From the NCBI GenBank assembly GCA_050294405.1, contig JBNKOC010000032.1:61677-93676 (forward strand): 32,000 nucleotides of DNA, in the 5' to 3' direction. Numbering within the stretch: position 1 is the stretch's first letter; the number at the start of each line of letters is the position of its first letter. Positions 11,101 to 20,213 of the stretch are shown in pieces. The DNA comes from Fibrobacteria bacterium. GTDB lineage: Bacteria > Fibrobacterota > Fibrobacteria > UBA11236 > JADFYW01. The notes beneath the pieces were generated by a model, which made no database searches, was not told the origin of the DNA, and was given only the letters and a program-made list of their open reading frames with translations. Both the position numbers and the translations under genes were made by a program.

Positions 11101-12591
11101 ATGGTAATGGATATTATTTTTGGATTATATGTTGTGGCCGCCCTCGGTCTATTTATTTACGGAACCAATTGTTACTGGCTCCTTACCGTTTTTTTACGAA
11201 ACAAACGCCGCGAGGTGGTGTTCGATAAAAAAATCGTTCGCAACTTTTACAAAAAGAACAGCGAAGACAAACTTCCCTATGTCACTACCCAGCTTCCGGT
11301 CTATAACGAAGCCAATGTGGTGGAAAGGTTAATCCATGCTGTTTGCGCCATGGAATATCCAAAAGACAAACACGAAATTCAGGTTTTAGACGATTCCACA
11401 GATGGCTCTGAGGACATCGCCGCTGCTATCGTAAAAGAATACAGGGAAAAAGGTTATAACATTCACCATGTTCGCCGTAAAAACCGTGTGGATTATAAAG
11501 CTGGAGCTTTAAATTACGGTATGTCTTTTTGCAAAGGCGAATTCATCGCCATTTTTGATGCGGACTTTGTGCCTCCTAAAGATTATTTGGTTAAAGCTGT
11601 GCCCTTCTTTTACGAAGATCCTAAAATTTGCTTGGTACAAGCCCGTTGGGGACATTTGAACCCCTATCAATCTCCATTAACATTGGCTCAATCCATCGGT
11701 ATCGACGGCCACTTTATTATTGAGCAAAGCGCCCGTTCCTGGGGACGCTTATTTATGAATTTTAACGGCACAGCTGGTATCTGGCGCAAATACGCCATTG
11801 AAAATGCAGGCGGTTGGCAAGGCGACACTTTAACAGAAGACATGGATCTTTCCTACAGGGCTCAAATCAAAGGATGGAAAATGAAATTCCTTTACGATTT
11901 AGTGGTTCCCGCGGAATTGCCAGCTAACATCAACGCTTTTAAATCGCAACAGTATCGTTGGGCAAAAGGCTCTATCCAAACCGCCATGAAATTGCTGCCC
12001 GAAGTGGTGATGAGCCGCGAATCATTGGCTGTAAAAATCCAGTCTTTTTTGCATACCACCCATTATTTAATACATCCATTGATGTTATTAACAGCATTGC
12101 TGGCCACTCCCCTACTGGTGTTTTATCCGGTAAAATTGGGAACTTACAGCTTCGCCATGGTATGTATGTTAATATTGGTTAGCTCTATGGCTCCCTCTAT
12201 ATTATATATGGTGGCCCAGCGGGTTTCCAGCACCAACTGGAAAAAACGCTTGCCTGTATTGCCGGTGCTTATGTCTGTAGGGGTTGGAATTGCCTTTAAC
12301 AACACTCTGGCGGTATTGTCTGCCTTAAGCGGACGCAAAGGAGCTTTTATCAGGACTCCTAAGGCTGGCGACAAAGTCGTAAAATCTTACAAATCCAAAC
12401 TGCCCTTTGGCTCATTAGCGGAGCTCTTTCTGGGGGCTTATTGTTTCCTTGGTTTGATTATATATATCGACGCCAAAAAGTATTTGGTTGGCCCTTTCTT
12501 AGGCCTCTACGCCGTTGGTTTTACCATTGTTGGCTGCATTTCCATTTTCCATCACATCAGGCCTTACATTGGAAAAAAAGCCGAAGCTTAA
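11101..12591 (+). CDS. Family-2 glycosyltransferase, processive beta-glycan synthase-like (cellulose-synthase/CslA-like fold)
   Basis: N-terminal TM helix. GT-A motifs QLPVYNE, DDSTD, DADF and TEDMDLSYR. Processive-synthase motif QQYRWAKG (QxxRW). Several C-terminal TM helices follow. Confidence 0.85.
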   Translation: MVMDIIFGLYVVAALGLFIYGTNCYWLLTVFLRNKRREVVFDKKIVRNFYKKNSEDKLPYVTTQLPVYNEANVVERLIHAVCAMEYPKDKHEIQVLDDSTDGSEDIAAAIVKEYREKGYNIHHVRRKNRVDYKAGALNYGMSFCKGEFIAIFDADFVPPKDYLVKAVPFFYEDPKICLVQARWGHLNPYQSPLTLAQSIGIDGHFIIEQSARSWGRLFMNFNGTAGIWRKYAIENAGGWQGDTLTEDMDLSYRAQIKGWKMKFLYDLVVPAELPANINAFKSQQYRWAKGSIQTAMKLLPEVVMSRESLAVKIQSFLHTTHYLIHPLMLLTALLATPLLVFYPVKLGTYSFAMVCMLILVSSMAPSILYMVAQRVSSTNWKKRLPVLPVLMSVGVGIAFNNTLAVLSALSGRKGAFIRTPKAGDKVVKSYKSKLPFGSLAELFLGAYCFLGLIIYIDAKKYLVGPFLGLYAVGFTIVGCISIFHHIRPYIGKKAEA

Positions 12592-12621
12592 TACACAAAT
12601 AAGTAAGAAGAAATTTTTAGA

Positions 12622-12653
12622 GCTGCGGCCCAAAACCGCAGCTTCTTTTTTGG
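12622..12653 (+). terminator. Rho-independent terminator of the GT2 gene
   Basis: GCTGCGG (12622-12628), loop CCCAAAA, CCGCAGC (12636-12642), then TTCTTTTTTGG. It starts 31 nt after the GT2 stop. Confidence 0.75.
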
Positions 12654-13318
12654 CCAAAAAGTTAAAATTCGCTCTGGAGCAAAAAGACAAAGCCAGCCTC
12701 GAAAACTTTTCCGAACTAGCCTCTTTGCTGGATTACGCTGCGCATATCCCCAGTAATTTTGAAGAGGCCTATTATTTTTTGCTGGATAAAGCCGGGCACA
12801 ATTTCGGACCTTTGCGGTTGCATACTGCTTTTCGCGATTTAGCTCTGCCGCGACATCCTCCTATAAGCTGGAAAGTAGCCCTTAACTCCTTTCGTTCCGG
12901 GCACAATGTGGGGAGCGTTTTTCGCCTGGCTGATGCTTTTTGTTTTGAAGAAATTCTCTTGGGAGGCTATTGCCCTGGACCGGAAAACAAAGCGGTGGCT
13001 GCAGCAGCCATGGGAGCCGAGGCCTATGTACCATTTAAAAAAGAAATGGATTTGGCAGCTTTTTTAAAAAGTTATGCCAAGGAATACCCCCTATTTGCTC
13101 TGGAAATTGCAGAGGACGCCCTGGAGTTGGGAAAGTGGAACCCTCCTCCGAAAGGAATTTTACTTTTAGGAAACGAAGAGCGTGGAATTGAAAAATCCTG
13201 CCTCAAACTATGTGAAAAAATCATAAAAATCCCCCTTTACGGTCGCAAACACAGCCTCAATGTTTCCACCTCCTTTGCCATAGCTGCACAGCATATTTTT
13301 GCCAGCATGGACCATTAA
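12650..13318 (+). CDS. TrmH/SpoU-family RNA 2'-O-methyltransferase (start uncertain)
   Basis: SpoU motifs GHNVGSVFRLADAF, LLLGNEERGI and IPLYGRKHSLNVSTSFAIA. The ORF-track start (12515) overlaps the GT2 gene and reads through its terminator. There is no in-frame ATG before the catalytic domain, so a TTG start (12650 or 12725) is more plausible. Confidence 0.75.
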   Translation: MAKKLKFALEQKDKASLENFSELASLLDYAAHIPSNFEEAYYFLLDKAGHNFGPLRLHTAFRDLALPRHPPISWKVALNSFRSGHNVGSVFRLADAFCFEEILLGGYCPGPENKAVAAAAMGAEAYVPFKKEMDLAAFLKSYAKEYPLFALEIAEDALELGKWNPPPKGILLLGNEERGIEKSCLKLCEKIIKIPLYGRKHSLNVSTSFAIAAQHIFASMDH

Positions 13319-13363
13319 ACTTATCTTGTAGGCAATTAAACTGCAAAAAAAGGATGTAACTCT

Positions 13364-14734
13364 TTGTCTGAACAAGAATCCACAGAGTCCATAAATATTA
13401 TTGAGCCGGATCCGGCTCGACCCGATTACGAAATCGGCGAACTAAACTCCCAAATTCGGGAAAATATTGAACAAATGGGATGGAATTCCCTGAATCTGGT
13501 TCAAAAAAAGGCCATACCCTACATTATGGCTGGCGAAAATTTAATCGTCCAGTCCAAAACTGGTTCGGGAAAAACAGGAGCCTTTGCTATTCCCCTGCTC
13601 CAAATTGTAGAGCCTGAACACAGGGCTCCCCAGGCAATTGTCCTGGTCCCCACTCGCGAGCTAGCGGTACAGGTTTCCGAAGAGTTTCTAAAACTGGCTC
13701 AGGGAATGGGAATCGAGTGCCTTGCCATTTACGGTGGCGTGGGATACAAGTCCCAATTAGACGCCCTTAAAGCTGGAGTTCATGTTATTGTGGGCACTCC
13801 TGGCCGTATATTAGATCATTTGATGAACAATAATCTTAAACTGGATTCCATTCGGGATTTGGTTTTAGACGAAGCGGATGAAATGCTTTCCATGGGTTTT
13901 TATCCGGACATGAAAAAAATTGCCCGCTACATGCCCAAAGGGGTTTGCGCTTATATGTTCTCGGCCACGATGGGCGTTAACGTAAAACGGTTGGGCCATG
14001 AATTTTTAAACCAGCCCAAATACTTAAACCTCTCTCCCAGCAGCCATTCTGTGGCAAAAATGGATCGCATATATTACAAGGTCCCCGCCATGGAAAAGGA
14101 CAAAGCTCTGCTAAGAATTATAGAAGTTGAAAACCCCGATTCTGGAATCATCTTTTGCAACACCAAAAAAGATGTTTCTTATCTGTTCGAATTTTTATCA
14201 TCGCGAGGGTTGCCTGTGGGCATGATGTCCGGCGATATGAATCAGGGCGCCCGCGAAAAAGTGTTAAAAAAATTAAAAGCAAAAGAACTCAATCTATTAG
14301 TAGCCACTGATATTGCTGCCCGAGGCATTGATGTGAGCAATCTAACCCATGTCTTTATGTACGATCACCCCGATGATCCCGAAGTATACATCCACCGAAG
14401 TGGAAGGACAGCAAGGGCGGGCAACCGAGGCCTGGCCATTTCTCTGGTAACGGAAATTGAAGAAATTTCTTTAAAAACCACTGCGCTTCAATTTGGAATT
14501 CAATTTATTGAAAAAAAATTAAAGGATGACGCCGAATTCAATGAAATAGTTCACCAAAGGGCCATCGCCTACATCGAGAGAGAATGGCGGGATTTAAAAA
14601 AATTCCAAAAGGAGCGTTCCAAGGATATGGTGCCCCTGGTAGATAAAATTTGCGAATCCCCTGAAGACAAAGAGGCCTTGGGAGTTTTACTTTATCAAAT
14701 GTATTGGAAACATTTTGTTTCAAAAGAAGAATAA
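13364..14734 (+). CDS. DEAD-box ATP-dependent RNA helicase
   Basis: Walker A SKTGSGKT, PTRELA, DEAD box (VLDEADEML), SAT and HRSGRTARAG. TTG start with AAGGA upstream. Confidence 0.92.
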   Translation: MSEQESTESINIIEPDPARPDYEIGELNSQIRENIEQMGWNSLNLVQKKAIPYIMAGENLIVQSKTGSGKTGAFAIPLLQIVEPEHRAPQAIVLVPTRELAVQVSEEFLKLAQGMGIECLAIYGGVGYKSQLDALKAGVHVIVGTPGRILDHLMNNNLKLDSIRDLVLDEADEMLSMGFYPDMKKIARYMPKGVCAYMFSATMGVNVKRLGHEFLNQPKYLNLSPSSHSVAKMDRIYYKVPAMEKDKALLRIIEVENPDSGIIFCNTKKDVSYLFEFLSSRGLPVGMMSGDMNQGAREKVLKKLKAKELNLLVATDIAARGIDVSNLTHVFMYDHPDDPEVYIHRSGRTARAGNRGLAISLVTEIEEISLKTTALQFGIQFIEKKLKDDAEFNEIVHQRAIAYIEREWRDLKKFQKERSKDMVPLVDKICESPEDKEALGVLLYQMYWKHFVSKEE

Positions 14735-14739
14735 TCTCC

Positions 14740-15513
14740 ATGAGAAAAAAACGTGACATGATACATATTAAATCAGCCAAAGAAATTGACTTATTGAGGA
14801 AAAGCGGAAAGTTGGCTGCTCATATTTTAAGAGAAGCCGCAAACTTTGCCAAAGAAGGCGTGACCACAGATGAAATCAACAGCTTGGTGCACAAACTAAC
14901 TGTAGACGCCGGAGCCTACCCCTCCCCTCTTAATTATCACGGCTATCCCAAATCAGTTTGTACTTCGGTAAATGAAGTGGTGACTCATGGCATTCCGGGA
15001 GATTATGTGCTAAAAAATGGGGATATCGTAAATATCGATGTTACTTGCAATTTAAACGGCTACCACGGAGACACCTCCAAAATTGTGATAATTGGCGAGG
15101 CGGACCCCGACGTGGTGGAATTGGTGAATGTAACCAAGCGCTGCCTCATGGAAGGCATAAAAGCGGTAGAAGTGGGTGGATATATCAGCGATATTGGCAG
15201 CGCCATACATGATATTGCCGATGATTACGGCTACGGGGTGGTGCGCGACTATTGTGGCCATGGAATTGGGCGCAATTTTCACGAAGAGCCCTTGGTATTG
15301 CATTACAGAACATCCAGAAGAGGACCTAGAATCAGTGAGGGAATGGTTTTCACTATTGAGCCTATGATAAACCAAGGCAGCCATGAAACCGTTTTGCTGG
15401 ATGATGGATGGACTGTAGTAACGAGAGATGGCGGCATTTCCGCGCAATTTGAACATACATTAGCCGTTACATCGGACGGAGTGGAAATCCTAACGGACGA
15501 TCCAGAGTATTGA
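14740..15513 (+). CDS. map: Methionine aminopeptidase, type I
   Basis: Pita-bread fold metal-ligand contexts (NIDVTCNLNGYHGDTS, CGHGIGRNFHEEP, FTIEPMI, AQFEHT). Start placed at ATG 14740 (MRKKRDMIHIKS...), 6 nt after the helicase stop, rather than at 14704. Confidence 0.92.
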   Translation: MRKKRDMIHIKSAKEIDLLRKSGKLAAHILREAANFAKEGVTTDEINSLVHKLTVDAGAYPSPLNYHGYPKSVCTSVNEVVTHGIPGDYVLKNGDIVNIDVTCNLNGYHGDTSKIVIIGEADPDVVELVNVTKRCLMEGIKAVEVGGYISDIGSAIHDIADDYGYGVVRDYCGHGIGRNFHEEPLVLHYRTSRRGPRISEGMVFTIEPMINQGSHETVLLDDGWTVVTRDGGISAQFEHTLAVTSDGVEILTDDPEY

Positions 15514-15677
15514 TTTTAGGGAAATAATCTTAAAATTTATTCATCTCCTGGTTTTTCAATTCAAAATAAATTTGAATTACTTGCATTTTGCAAAGTCGGT
15601 GGTTAACTTTTTTATTACTATAATTTGGCTACCCGATTGGAAACTAAAAATTAGCTAGTCAATAACTGAACCTGTAT

Positions 15678-17426
15678 ATGAACCGGTTTATGGTAATGCT
15701 AAATATCAGATCCCAACTTTTCTTTGGTTTATTATCCTTTAGTATAATGTTTTTAATGTGGGGATGTCTTTCCACTTCTCCCGAGGCTGAAACCGACAGC
15801 CCTAATACCAAAAAATCATCCATTGCTCGATTAAGCAGCCTTGTTATCAATGGTGTTTCAGTAACATCAAATAGCGACAGCATCCCATTAATAAATCAGA
15901 TGAAAATAAGAAGCAATGTGTCAAATATTATCATAACCCCCACATCCGCACAATCAGCAGCCAGTATCACAATTAATGGCCTTCCAGTTGCTTCAGGAAC
16001 TCCATCCCAGCCCATTGCTATCCAGGAAAAGGAAGAAATCATTACCATTATTGTGACAGCGGAAGACAATGTTACGGAACAATCATACGCTATCCAGATA
16101 ATCAGAATGAGTAACAATGCTAATATCACTCAAGTAAACTTTTCCACAGGAAGTTCTGTCAATTTTAACGCCAGCGACAGCTTGTTCGTTTATTCCATTT
16201 CCAGCACAGATCCCATTGGTTTTGAACCTATTGCCGAGAACGAATTTGCAAACGTACAGGTAGACGGTTTGCCGTTAAAAGAAAATGGCTTTTCCCCGAC
16301 TTTAAATGTACAAATTGGAGATACCGTTGTTATTAAATCCGTATCAGAGGATCGCTCGAACACCAAAAAATATTATCTGGTAAGAGTTGGTTGGATAGCG
16401 GTCGGAATTGAGGGCTTTTCAAACCAGCGAATTTATGAAACAAGTTTGCAAATAAATACTTTAGGAGAACTATATACGGCCTACGCTAGCAGCCCAACTG
16501 ACAATGCCTCACTTAAGCCAACAGTTCAACAATTTATTGGAACCAACTGGGAAAATATTGGTCAGTCAGAGTTTACAAATTCTCCTATTTCTGATTTTTC
16601 CTATTTGTTACATGAAGACACCCATTACATTGCCTTTTTGGACAGAACCACTCCGTATAGGGTCTCTGTTATGAAGTTTGACGGAGCAAATTGGTTTTTT
16701 TTGGGAGTACCCAGAATATCTTATGGAAATGCAAGCGATATTTCTTTAACAACAGATGGAACAAGTGTCTTTGTGGGGTATAGCGATCATGACATTTCAT
16801 TGGATAAAAAAATTTTAGTGCAAAAATTTGATGGAAACAGCTGGGATACGGTAGGCACTCCCGGTTTTTCAAATGGAATTGCTAGTGATATCAAACTTCA
16901 GTTTCATAACCAAATACTTTATGCCGGATATTCCGATAATAGCTTAGGAGGAAAACCAACTCTAAAAAGTTTTAATGGTACCCAATGGATAAATGTTGGG
17001 GAAGAAGAAATTTCAGAAGGTGCAGCCACCGATATTCAATTTGCCATTTCGAAATCTGGCATTCCTTTTGTGGCTTATTTGGAAAGTAATGAAGGAAATA
17101 CTGTTTCGGTGAAACAATTTGACGGTAGCAAGTGGATATATGTGGGAAGCCGGGGTTTTTCTTCAGGAAGTGCCGATTACTTAAGCTTGGCTTTAGATGG
17201 TGAAGTTCCTTATGTTGCTTACCAGGATTTAGAGTCATTAAGCAAAATTACAGTTCAAAAATTTAATGGAAGCGAATGGGAAAAAATTGGAAATTCCTTT
17301 TCCATTAACGGTGGTGAGCATATTAGTCTTGCCGTCTATAGTCAGGTACCTTATGTGCTTTATAGCGATATCGCAAATAATTACAAGGCCACAGTAGTGG
17401 AGTTTTTTAATCCATTATACCAGTAA
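15678..17426 (+). CDS. Secreted or lipoprotein surface protein: two cadherin-like beta-sandwich domains followed by six ~50-aa repeats (propeller-like)
   Basis: Signal sequence ending LMWGC. Two segments fit the cadherin-like beta-sandwich pattern (ARLSSLVINGVSVT...YAIQIIR; NITQVNFSTG...YYLVRV). Six repeats follow of the form V(Q/K)KF(D/N)GxxWxxxGxxGFSxGxAxxxSL...Y(V/A)xYxD. Confidence 0.65.
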   Translation: MNRFMVMLNIRSQLFFGLLSFSIMFLMWGCLSTSPEAETDSPNTKKSSIARLSSLVINGVSVTSNSDSIPLINQMKIRSNVSNIIITPTSAQSAASITINGLPVASGTPSQPIAIQEKEEIITIIVTAEDNVTEQSYAIQIIRMSNNANITQVNFSTGSSVNFNASDSLFVYSISSTDPIGFEPIAENEFANVQVDGLPLKENGFSPTLNVQIGDTVVIKSVSEDRSNTKKYYLVRVGWIAVGIEGFSNQRIYETSLQINTLGELYTAYASSPTDNASLKPTVQQFIGTNWENIGQSEFTNSPISDFSYLLHEDTHYIAFLDRTTPYRVSVMKFDGANWFFLGVPRISYGNASDISLTTDGTSVFVGYSDHDISLDKKILVQKFDGNSWDTVGTPGFSNGIASDIKLQFHNQILYAGYSDNSLGGKPTLKSFNGTQWINVGEEEISEGAATDIQFAISKSGIPFVAYLESNEGNTVSVKQFDGSKWIYVGSRGFSSGSADYLSLALDGEVPYVAYQDLESLSKITVQKFNGSEWEKIGNSFSINGGEHISLAVYSQVPYVLYSDIANNYKATVVEFFNPLYQ

Positions 17427-17501
17427 AAATATTAGCGGGTTTATTCTTTTAAGGGAATATTCTAACTTTAATTTGGTAGAATTGGCCCGCAGGAGAATAA
17501 A

Positions 17502-18149
17502 ATGAAAACAGCCACCATCTTTAGAAAAATAAGTTTCGCAGTTCTGCTATTGATGTTAGTGCTTGGAACTCAGCCCATATTTGCTGAAGGCGATGGAGAA
17601 TCTCAAAACTCTTCTTCAAAATCTAAAATCCATCATACGGTGGAAATGTCTCCTCTAAGCCCTCTTTCAGGGATATATGCCATGTCCTATTCTTTAACTG
17701 CTGGTAAAAATGGATTTGGTTTAATTGGGGGGCCTATTTGGTCACCCGTATCCACAGCAAAGGCCACAGGTTACATTGGCGGAGCCTTCTATGTCCGCAA
17801 TTTTGAATACTTTGAACAAGACCCAAATTTCATAGGAGCAGCCCTGGTTTATTACAACATGGAAGGAACTTACAAAGTTGGCAGTGAAGAAACCTTTAAA
17901 GCGGGTTTAGAAGCCACTGTAGCTTCTTTAAGTATTTTTTACGGAAATGCCTACGTATGGAAAAATGGCTTTAGTATGAGCTGGAGACTTGGTGTGGCCA
18001 TCCCCCTTCAATGGGATTACAAATGGGAAAACCTGGAAAATACCCCGGACAAGCAATTTAAAGACGACACAGAAACTTTTGAAACAATTTCAAAGGTTTT
18101 TTCCACAATATTAGGCGGTTCCGGTTGGAATATCGGCTGGTCTTTTTAA
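17502..18149 (+). CDS. Small secreted, probably outer-membrane beta-barrel-like protein
   Basis: AGGAGA SD and a signal peptide (AVLLLMLVLGTQPIFAEG). Alternating aromatic/Gly-rich strands and a C-terminal aromatic residue (...NIGWSF). Confidence 0.55.
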   Translation: MKTATIFRKISFAVLLLMLVLGTQPIFAEGDGESQNSSSKSKIHHTVEMSPLSPLSGIYAMSYSLTAGKNGFGLIGGPIWSPVSTAKATGYIGGAFYVRNFEYFEQDPNFIGAALVYYNMEGTYKVGSEETFKAGLEATVASLSIFYGNAYVWKNGFSMSWRLGVAIPLQWDYKWENLENTPDKQFKDDTETFETISKVFSTILGGSGWNIGWSF

Positions 18150-18193
18150 GAGCTTTATAATTTGCCGTTTAATGGCAAATCCATTAGACGATG

Positions 18194-18637
18194 TTAATTG
18201 CCCTGCTTTTCAGCTCTTTTTTGGCGTAGGCGATATAAATCGTCTAGTTGAATGTGAAAACCCTGGCCATCATCATCCACAATACCATTTTGAATTAAAA
18301 ACTCCAGGGACTCTATGGCCTTATCCAATTCTCTGCGGTTGCGGTAATAAGTTACCAGGCTTTTAATCTGGCTTCCCACAAACTTGGAATTGTAGTCGTA
18401 GTTTTTAATGGTTTTGCGGAAAAAACTAAGGATGTATTGAGCCAAAAATTCCTTGTCCATTTTACAACGTGATTCCCGAAGTTTAAAAGAAAGCAAATCC
18501 AAAAACTCATGAGTCCACTCTATTTTGGTATAGGCGTTTATGGACGATTTTTGGAATTCCTCAAAACGTTCGAAAACAGTTACATCTTCGTTGCGTAAGG
18601 CTTCTAAATAGTCGGCATCAAATTCTTCTTTTGTCAT
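18194..18637 (-). CDS. Hypothetical cytoplasmic protein
   Basis: Long ORF with no recognisable motif. I prefer the ATG at 18637 (MTKEEFDADY...) because GAGGAAAG lies 5 nt upstream. The track start at 18664 is a TTG. Confidence 0.5.
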   Translation of the reverse strand: MTKEEFDADYLEALRNEDVTVFERFEEFQKSSINAYTKIEWTHEFLDLLSFKLRESRCKMDKEFLAQYILSFFRKTIKNYDYNSKFVGSQIKSLVTYYRNRRELDKAIESLEFLIQNGIVDDDGQGFHIQLDDLYRLRQKRAEKQGN

Positions 18638-18797
18638 ACAACTTTCCTCAAGTCTATGTAGCAATTTAAATCAAAATGACTTAAAAAAGGAATTAAAAAA
18701 CGGGATAAAAAAATATATGTTAAAGGCAGCAATGGATTCAAGGGCGAAAGGTTTTTTCAGGCGAATTTCAGCCATTTTTCTTTTATAAGCAATTTTT

Positions 18798-20213
18798 ATG
18801 GACAATTCCGATTCCAAACTTTCCATTTTAATCGTGGACGATGAGGCTTCCACAGCCCAGAGCCTGAAAATTATCCTGGAGGAATATGGCCATCAGGTGC
18901 TTATTGCCGAAAACGGTGAAGAAGCATTGGAGCAAATCCCCAAAAGTTCGTTTAACTTGGTTATAACCGATTTGGTCATGCCTGGTATGGATGGCTTTGC
19001 CCTGGTAAAACGCATTAAAGAAAAGTTTCCTTCACTAATGGTTTTTATTTTTTCCGGCCACGACTCCTTTTCCATGGCCCGTAAAGCCTTAAAGCTCGGT
19101 GCCGATGATTTTCTTCTAAAACCCCTAGATCCCGATCAACTCAATATTGCCCTGGAGCAGGCCATTTTAAAAATGGACCTAAAAAACCGCCTGGAAAATT
19201 TGGGAAAACTGGTGGAGCGAAATTACGGCCCAGCCAACATTGTGGGTACCAGCAAATCCATGCAAGAGGTTTTCCGGTTAATTGACCGGGCCACCCAAAG
19301 CAGGGCTAATGTTTTGATCCACGGCGAGAGCGGTACGGGCAAAGAATTGGTGGCCAGAGCCATTTACAGTAAAAACGCCAGCCAAAAACACAATTTTGTG
19401 AGCGTAAACTGTTGCGCCATTTCTGAGGGTCTTATTGAAAGCGAATTGTTCGGCCATGTGCGCGGGGCTTTTTCCGGAGCCATCTCCGATAGAGAGGGAT
19501 TATTCGAAATGGCCAACAATGGCACCATTTTTTTAGATGAAATTGGAGACATTAGTCTAAACATCCAGACCAAGTTGCTTCGGGTCCTCCAGGAAGGAGA
19601 AGTGAGACGGGTTGGAGAAAACAAAATGCGCAATGTTAATGTGCGCGTTATTGCCGCCACCAACAAAAACCTGGAAAATGCTGTTAAAGAAGGCGGCTTC
19701 CGGGAAGATTTGTTTTACCGGCTCAATGTTATTCCCATTTTCTTACCTTCTCTCAAGGAGAGAAAAAGCGACATTCCTCTTTTAGTGTCTCACTTCTTAA
19801 GAAAGTATTCCGATATATCCCAAAACAAACGCTTTTCTCCAGAGGCCCTGGTTTTCCTGCAAAATTATCCTTTTCCTGGAAATATAAGGGAGCTTGAAAA
19901 TATTGTGCAAAGAGCCATGTCTCTGGCTGCCAGCGACACTATCAGCCGGGAGGAGTTGGAGTCTTATATACAATTTGAACCCCAAAGTTCCATTGCCTCC
20001 GGGGGCAATGTAAGTTTATCTGGTTTAAAATACGAGGAAATGAAAGCTGCCCTGGATGAAATGGAGCGAAATTACTTAATTGAATCGCTGGTAGAATCAC
20101 AAGGCAATGTTATTGCAGCGGCTAAAACAATAGATATCAGTCGCACAGCCTTTCACAATAAAATTGCCAAACACAAAATTGATTTGGGGCAAATCAGGCA
20201 AAGTTACGACTAG
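18798..20213 (+). CDS. Sigma-54-dependent response regulator (NtrC family: REC + AAA+ + Fis-type HTH)
   Basis: REC domain (VDDE..., phospho-acceptor context VITDLVMPGMDG). Walker A GESGTGKE, GAFSGA loop (a GAFTGA variant), Walker B IFLDEIG. C-terminal HTH (NVIAAAKTIDISRTAFHNKIAKH). Confidence 0.9.
   Translation: MDNSDSKLSILIVDDEASTAQSLKIILEEYGHQVLIAENGEEALEQIPKSSFNLVITDLVMPGMDGFALVKRIKEKFPSLMVFIFSGHDSFSMARKALKLGADDFLLKPLDPDQLNIALEQAILKMDLKNRLENLGKLVERNYGPANIVGTSKSMQEVFRLIDRATQSRANVLIHGESGTGKELVARAIYSKNASQKHNFVSVNCCAISEGLIESELFGHVRGAFSGAISDREGLFEMANNGTIFLDEIGDISLNIQTKLLRVLQEGEVRRVGENKMRNVNVRVIAATNKNLENAVKEGGFREDLFYRLNVIPIFLPSLKERKSDIPLLVSHFLRKYSDISQNKRFSPEALVFLQNYPFPGNIRELENIVQRAMSLAASDTISREELESYIQFEPQSSIASGGNVSLSGLKYEEMKAALDEMERNYLIESLVESQGNVIAAAKTIDISRTAFHNKIAKHKIDLGQIRQSYD

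Noticed and set aside
18172-18853. Track ORFs 18172-18366 (+) and 18671-18853 (-)
   Set aside because: The first is antisense to the longer 18194-18637 ORF, which has a good SD. The second overlaps the start of the NtrC-family gene and consists of low-complexity AT-rich codons.
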